DNA from: an uncultured bacterium
GTDB taxonomy: Bacteria; Hydrogenedentota; Hydrogenedentia; Hydrogenedentales; JAEUWI01
NCBI GenBank assembly: GCA_963977445.1
Contig: CAXBPH010000210.1
Location: 1-12,169, forward strand
DNA: 12,169 nucleotides
Direction of reading: 5' to 3'
Positions 7,521 through 12,169 of this stretch are shown here, piece after piece. Within the stretch, counting starts at the first letter, position 1. Every line of letters starts with the position of its first letter. A program made the position numbers and the translations under genes. Under the pieces are notes generated by a model, which was given only the letters and a program-made list of their open reading frames with translations, did no database searches and was not told where the DNA came from.

Positions 7521-8513
7521 ATGAATTCGTGTCGCGATATGGAAGGCCTCATAGCTGCATCACTCTATGAGCCCCTCGAACCAGCGGAAGAGCAGCGGCT
7601 CCAGGCCCATCTGGCGTCGTGCACTACGTGTGCCGAAGAACATGGACAGCTCCTGTCTCTTGTCGCCGCCATTCCCAATGAGCCCGCCGTCTTCACCGGT
7701 GACCTGCGCCCCATACTTCGGGAGAATCTTGCCCGCGAGCGTCGCCATACGGCCTGGTCCTTCTGGCTTGGAAGATTCCTGGTTACTACCGCCTTCCTGA
7801 TGTGTTCTGGCGGTTTTTATTTGTATCTAACCGATGGCACTATCGATAAACCCACCGACGTAGTGGCAAGTCACTTCGATCAGACCTTGTCCGACGTACA
7901 GGCCCTCGTGCAGTCGGGGGACACCGTGGCGGCCAGAAATCGGCTGGAGGCAAGTCTTGCCGAAGTAACCGATAGCGCCGAAAAAGGGAAACTCCAGCTA
8001 GAGATGGCAGACCTCGAATATGGCGGTTTTGCTCGGTATGAGATGTCTTACAATATATATAAGGAGGTTCGCGCCGACTATCCAGATGTATGGGCAGCAA
8101 GCTCCGGGGCCACCAAAGAGCGCTTTGACCTCCTGACCGAGGCCAGGGACGCCCAGTTCCAGCCGCTCTATGATATGGACGCCGCCGTTGCACAGGGAGA
8201 GCAAGGTATCGGGACCCTGGAAAAGATTATGGCAAAATATCCCGGTCGGACCCTCGCAAGCGAAGCCCTGACGACCATGGCCTCTCTGGTGGAAGGCGAG
8301 GGCCTCGGTCGACTGGAAAACCTCAAGGCCCATTGCACCAACCCCATCGCAGTCGCCCAGCTCGATATCCGGCTCGGCGAGGGTTACTGGAAAGAACAGC
8401 ACGATCCCGACCGAGGCCGTGCCCTCCTGGAAGGGGTAGCTTCAGGCCCCCACGAGATACCCGCGAAGATGGCCAACGAAACCCTGGCCCGCCTGGAGCA
8501 AGGCGACCGCTAA
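7521..8513 (+). CDS. Zinc-finger (zf-HC2/ZAS) transmembrane anti-sigma factor with a helical, TPR-like C-terminal domain, 330 aa
   Basis: N-terminal Cys plus HLASCTTC (HxxxCxxC). One hydrophobic segment (WSFWLGRFLVTTAFLMCSGGFYLYL). C-terminal helical repeats (..VRADYPD.., ..IMAKYPG..LASEA). Directly downstream of the ECF sigma; start at ATG 7521 after GAAAGG. Confidence 0.85.
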   Translation: MNSCRDMEGLIAASLYEPLEPAEEQRLQAHLASCTTCAEEHGQLLSLVAAIPNEPAVFTGDLRPILRENLARERRHTAWSFWLGRFLVTTAFLMCSGGFYLYLTDGTIDKPTDVVASHFDQTLSDVQALVQSGDTVAARNRLEASLAEVTDSAEKGKLQLEMADLEYGGFARYEMSYNIYKEVRADYPDVWAASSGATKERFDLLTEARDAQFQPLYDMDAAVAQGEQGIGTLEKIMAKYPGRTLASEALTTMASLVEGEGLGRLENLKAHCTNPIAVAQLDIRLGEGYWKEQHDPDRGRALLEGVASGPHEIPAKMANETLARLEQGDR

Positions 8514-8599
8514 CGCCCCACCATGCAAGTGAAACAGAATTCATTTATGTGTGGACTGTGAGGAGCGTTGTCTCCGATCCAGGTTAACGCAGTGCCACC

Positions 8600-8648
8600 A
8601 AGAATGATGTTTGGGTGCCACGGACAAGCCCTATAGGGCTTGCCCGTG
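8600..8648 (+). repeat. Dispersed fifth copy of the left-array hairpin core
   Basis: AAGAATGATGTTTGGGTGCCACGGACAAGCCC-TATA-GGGCTTGCCCGTG is identical to the copy at 319-366 except for the loop (TATA versus GCA). Confidence 0.93.
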
Positions 8649-8701
8649 CAATGCGCCAAAAGCGATTTAAGTCACAATATTGGATCTATGCCTGGATACC
8701 T

Positions 8702-8738
8702 CACAGGCAAGGGCTATCGCCCCCTGGCCGTGGCACTC
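8702..8738 (-). repeat. Inverted, diverged partner of the REP-like hairpin, forming a doublet with 8612-8648
   Basis: The minus strand reads GAGTGCCACGGCCAGGGG-GCGATAG-CCCTTGCCTGTG. It has the same GxGTGC lead and CACGGxCA...TTGCCxGTG frame, with a changed inner stem. Confidence 0.7.
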
Positions 8739-8784
8739 GCAGTGTTCATTGGTTGGGAAAGAATCCCGAATGTCGCTCCCCCTA

Positions 8785-8814
8785 TTGTCCATCTCCCGAG
8801 GCCTGTGATAGCAT
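8785..8814 (+). promoter_or_regulatory. Candidate sigma70-type promoter for the gspE-gspF pair
   Basis: TTGTCC (8785-8790), 18 bp, then TAGCAT (8809-8814) with extended TG (TGATAGCAT). About 60 bp upstream of GTG 8876. Confidence 0.45.
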
Positions 8815-8875
8815 GCGGGACGTGGTCGTGTGGCCCACTGACGGTGCCAACACTACCCGAATCCTGGAGTGTTCC

Positions 8876-10627
8876 GTGGCCGAATTCAAGGCATTCGAAA
8901 AACAGTTTCTCCGTGACGGAGTAATCGACGAAGCCCTTCTCCGTCAACTGAAAGCAGCCGACCCCTCGGGAGCCTTCTCCGGCGACGTGCTCATTGAGCG
9001 CGGCCTCGCCGACGCCGCCACGGTCTACCAATCCCTCGCCCGATTTTGCGAACTCCGCTTTGTCGCTCTGGAAGAGGCGGATATTGCACCCGCCCTCCTG
9101 AAAAAAATGCCCGCCCGATTTGCCACCCACTACGGCTGCGTACCCCTGGAAGAGCGAAACGGCACCCTGGTGGTCGCCGTCAGTGACCCCCTCAACGCCC
9201 ACCTGATGGACGATATGCGTCAGGTGCTGAAACAGCGCGTAGAGGCCGTCGTCGCCACACCGGAAGCCATCAAAAAAGCAATACGCCGATATTATGGGGT
9301 GGGTGCCGACACGATGGAGAAGATGCTCGGACGAGAGAGCAGCAACGAACGGGGTTCCCGGGCGTCCTTCGTCCAACAGGAAAGTGCCACCTTGGACGAG
9401 GAGGGGGTGGACGCCTCCATCGTCAAATTCGTCAACGAGCTCATCCTCGAAGCAGTGAAGTCCACGGCGACGGACATTCACATCGAGCCCTTCGAAAAAG
9501 AACTGCGGGTGCGCTTTCGTATCGATGGCATTCTTCACGCCGTACCCACGCCGCCCCTCATGCAGGGCTTTCAAGCGGCCATGGTGTCCCGCGTAAAGAT
9601 CATGGCAAATCTGAACATTGCGGAAAAGCGACTGCCCCAGGATGGAAAAATTCTCGCCACCTTCGGAGCCGAGTCCTACGACCTCCGTGTTTCCATCTTA
9701 CCCACGCCCTACGGCGAGACGGTGAACCTGCGGGTGCTTACCCGTTCCAACGCCTTCCTGTCCATGCCGGAATTGGGCTTCCTCGAAGAAGACCTCGCCC
9801 AGTTCAACGGCTTCATCGGACGTCCCCATGGCATTCTGCTGGTGACCGGCCCCACGGGTAGCGGGAAGACCACGACCCTGTACGCTGCCTTGAGTCAGCT
9901 CAACAACCTGGAGCGGAAGATAATCACCATCGAAGACCCCGTCGAATACCAACTGCCAGGGATTACGCAGATGCAGGTCCATGGGCAGATTGGATTCGAT
10001 TTCGCACGGGGCCTGCGCTCTATCTTGCGCCACGATCCCGATATTCTGCTCGTGGGCGAAATTCGGGATTACGAAACGGCAGAGATGGCGGTTCGCTCCA
10101 GCCTGACCGGCCACCTTGTGTTGAGCACCCTTCACACCAACGATTCCGCCGGTGCCGTGACCCGTCTGCTGGATATGGGAATGGAGTCCTTCCTGATTTC
10201 CAGCACCATGATCGCCGCCATTGCCCAACGACTACTGCGACGAATTTGCGATAAATGCGCGACCCCCGTGCGCCACGACGAAGCCTTAATCCGCGCGGAA
10301 TTCGGTGCCCAGGCCGCCGCCGTCAACCAGGAAAGTTTTCGCCGAGGCGCGGGCTGTCCTGCCTGCCGCAATACGGGCTATCGGGGACGTTCCGCTATTT
10401 ACGAAATGCTGCCCTTCACCACCGAGATAAAGGCCCTGACCGTACAACGCGCAACGTCGCTGGCAATTAAACAAGTCGCGCTCCAGCAGGGAATGCGCAC
10501 CCTCCGTCAGGCAGGGTGGCTGGGGGTGTGTAACGGGACGACCACGGTGGAGGAGGTGTTGCGGGTGACCGCCGATGCCGACGTTCTTCCCCCCGATGAG
10601 GCTGGCCATGCCCCAGTTTCGCTATGA
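8876..10627 (+). CDS. gspE: GspE/PulE/PilB-family type II secretion / type IV pilus assembly ATPase, about 583 aa
   Basis: ATDIHIEP, RFRIDGIL, LNIAEKRLPQDG, Walker A GPTGSGKTTT, TIEDPVEY, LRHDPDILLVGEIRD, TGHLVLSTLHTND and tetracysteine CDKC...CPAC. Start moved to GTG 8876 (GGAG at 8866-8869) because the upstream extension is repeat and promoter DNA. Confidence 0.95.
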   Translation: MAEFKAFEKQFLRDGVIDEALLRQLKAADPSGAFSGDVLIERGLADAATVYQSLARFCELRFVALEEADIAPALLKKMPARFATHYGCVPLEERNGTLVVAVSDPLNAHLMDDMRQVLKQRVEAVVATPEAIKKAIRRYYGVGADTMEKMLGRESSNERGSRASFVQQESATLDEEGVDASIVKFVNELILEAVKSTATDIHIEPFEKELRVRFRIDGILHAVPTPPLMQGFQAAMVSRVKIMANLNIAEKRLPQDGKILATFGAESYDLRVSILPTPYGETVNLRVLTRSNAFLSMPELGFLEEDLAQFNGFIGRPHGILLVTGPTGSGKTTTLYAALSQLNNLERKIITIEDPVEYQLPGITQMQVHGQIGFDFARGLRSILRHDPDILLVGEIRDYETAEMAVRSSLTGHLVLSTLHTNDSAGAVTRLLDMGMESFLISSTMIAAIAQRLLRRICDKCATPVRHDEALIRAEFGAQAAAVNQESFRRGAGCPACRNTGYRGRSAIYEMLPFTTEIKALTVQRATSLAIKQVALQQGMRTLRQAGWLGVCNGTTTVEEVLRVTADADVLPPDEAGHAPVSL

Positions 10628-11828
10628 AGTAAAAAAAGGTCCCGACGAGAAATTGGAAGGGGTGCTGGAGGCCGAATCCCAGCGGGCCGCCGTGGCCCGC
10701 CTTCGTGAGATGGGCTACTTTCCCCTCGTCATCGAAATGGTAGAGGAGGAAACGTCCACCACCAAAGCCCTCGTCAAGCGGGTGCTCCATCGCATTCGCC
10801 TCAAAGAACGGAACATATTCTTCCGCCAACTGGCCAATCTCACCGAATCCGGCATGATGCTCACCCGCGCACTCCGCACCATCGCGACCCAGGCCGAGAA
10901 TCCCCAGTTGGTGACCGTGGTCGATGAAATACGCGAAGCCGTGCAGCAGGGCGCACCCCTCGCCGATGCCCTGGCCCGTCACGAACGCCTCTTTCCGCCC
11001 CTCTACATAAATCTAGTGCGGGCAGGCGAGGCCGGCGGCATGTTAGACGAGGTCCTGTGGCGCATCGTCGATTTTGGCGAGCAGGAAGAGGAGCTGCGGG
11101 GCAAATTCATCTCCGCCCTCATCTATCCCATATTCCTGAGCATCGTCAGCTCCATTTCGGTGTTTATCCTTGTATCCTTCGTCTTTCCCAAATTCATTGG
11201 CATATTCAACGAATTCAACGCCAAACTGCCCTGGCCCACCGTCATTGTCATGGGCCTGTGCGAGTTTATGGGCACCTGGTGGTGGGCCGTGCTCCTCGTC
11301 ATAGCAGGCGTCGCCTGGGCTACCCTCCGATGGGTCCGTTCGGTGCCGGGGCGACGTCAATGGGACGGCTTTGTCCTGCGCATTCCCGTGGTGCGCTCAC
11401 TGGTTCAAAAATATGAAATGGCCAAGTTCGCCCGCACCCTCGGGACCCTCCTGGACAACGGCGTGCCTATCTTAACGACCCTCGAGATCACCGCCGACAC
11501 CATGAGCAACGGGGTGATTCAAGAAGAAGTGCGCAAACTCCACGGCGGCGTCATGGCGGGAGGGGCGATGAGCGAAACCCTCCAGACCTGTTCCCATTTT
11601 CCCCCCGTGGTCGTAGGCATGTTCGCCGTAGGCGAAGAGAGCGGGCGCATCGGTGCCGTAACCAATCGAATCGCCGACGCCTACGATATCGAAGTAGAGC
11701 GCGCGGTGAAAGCCGTGACCGCCCTCTTCGAACCCCTCCTGATTGTCATCATGGGCGTCATCATCGGGTTCCTCGTCATCGCCATGCTGCTCCCCATGCT
11801 GACCCTGAGCTCCGCCATCAGCGCGTAA
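10608..11828 (+). CDS. gspF: GspF/PilC-family inner-membrane platform protein, 406 aa
   Basis: MPQFRY N-terminus, FFRQLANL..SG, GEAGGMLDEVL, SALIYP, LPWPT, FARTLGTLLDNGVPI, VGEESG, EPLLIVIMG and AMLLPM. ATG 10608 with GAGG upstream; overlaps the gspE 3' end by 20 bp. Confidence 0.95.
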   Translation: MPQFRYEVKKGPDEKLEGVLEAESQRAAVARLREMGYFPLVIEMVEEETSTTKALVKRVLHRIRLKERNIFFRQLANLTESGMMLTRALRTIATQAENPQLVTVVDEIREAVQQGAPLADALARHERLFPPLYINLVRAGEAGGMLDEVLWRIVDFGEQEEELRGKFISALIYPIFLSIVSSISVFILVSFVFPKFIGIFNEFNAKLPWPTVIVMGLCEFMGTWWWAVLLVIAGVAWATLRWVRSVPGRRQWDGFVLRIPVVRSLVQKYEMAKFARTLGTLLDNGVPILTTLEITADTMSNGVIQEEVRKLHGGVMAGGAMSETLQTCSHFPPVVVGMFAVGEESGRIGAVTNRIADAYDIEVERAVKAVTALFEPLLIVIMGVIIGFLVIAMLLPMLTLSSAISA

Positions 11829-11831
11829 CGG

Positions 11832-12169
11832 CCACGGGGACTGCACCGACATCACGACATCTTGAAGCAAACACGACATCGTGGTGCCACAATCAATCGA
11901 CACGACGGGCAGAAGATCCCACCAGTCGGGGCCGTCCCCCGAGGGGGCACCTGCGGAACATCAGACGACTCCACAGGGACTGCACCGACATCACGACATC
12001 TTGAAGCAAACACGACATCGTGGTGCCACAATCAATCGACACGACGGGCAGAAGATCCCACCAGTCGGGGCCGTCCCCCGAGGGGGCACCTGCGGAACAT
12101 CAGACGACTCCACAGGGACTGCACCGACATCACGACATCTTGAAGCAAACACGACATCGTGGTGCCACA
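11832..12169. repeat. Near-perfect 139-bp tandem repeat, about 2.4 copies, truncated by the right edge
   Basis: Units start at 11832, 11971 and 12110. The only difference I found is G11836 versus A11975/A12114. The array begins 3 bp after the gspF stop. Confidence 0.96.

Noticed and set aside
8583..8613. Second ECF-type promoter upstream of gspE (GTTAAC...TGTTTG)
   Set aside because: The spacing is 19 bp rather than 17, there is no CGT, and the putative -10 lies within the repeat.
8615..8875. 87-aa N-terminal extension of the GspE ORF
   Set aside because: It starts inside the REP-like hairpin and spans a promoter-like region. GTG 8876 has an RBS and gives a typical length.
11862..12143. 93-aa ORF in the right-hand array
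   Set aside because: It lies wholly within a 139-bp non-triplet repeat, with no RBS or protein-like features.
11832..12169. CRISPR array or integron attC cassette array
   Set aside because: The units are fully identical with no spacers or cassette ORFs, and I saw no RYYYAAC/GTTRRRY attC ends.

Overview
Bacterial genomic window, GC-rich, with ten probable protein-coding genes and non-coding tandem repeat arrays at both ends. In order: an array of about 165-bp units with an invariant 36-bp hairpin core (1-~627); a DUF1080 lipoprotein (-); an FkbM-like methyltransferase-fold protein; a bile acid:sodium symporter family transporter; an exported sulfatase-like hydrolase with a Thr-type active-site motif; an acidic hypothetical protein (-); a thioredoxin-like [2Fe-2S] ferredoxin; an ECF sigma factor with its zinc-finger, membrane-anchored anti-sigma; a GspE/PilB ATPase and GspF/PilC platform pair; and a near-perfect 139-bp tandem array running off the right end. 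The genes belong to familiar families. The most unusual signal is a family of REP-like hairpins. Four identical copies sit in the left array, a fifth lies 8 kb away, and an inverted, diverged partner beside the fifth has compensatory stem changes but keeps the same stem mismatch. No transposase, cas gene or RNA gene was recognised. All calls were made by eye, without database searches.
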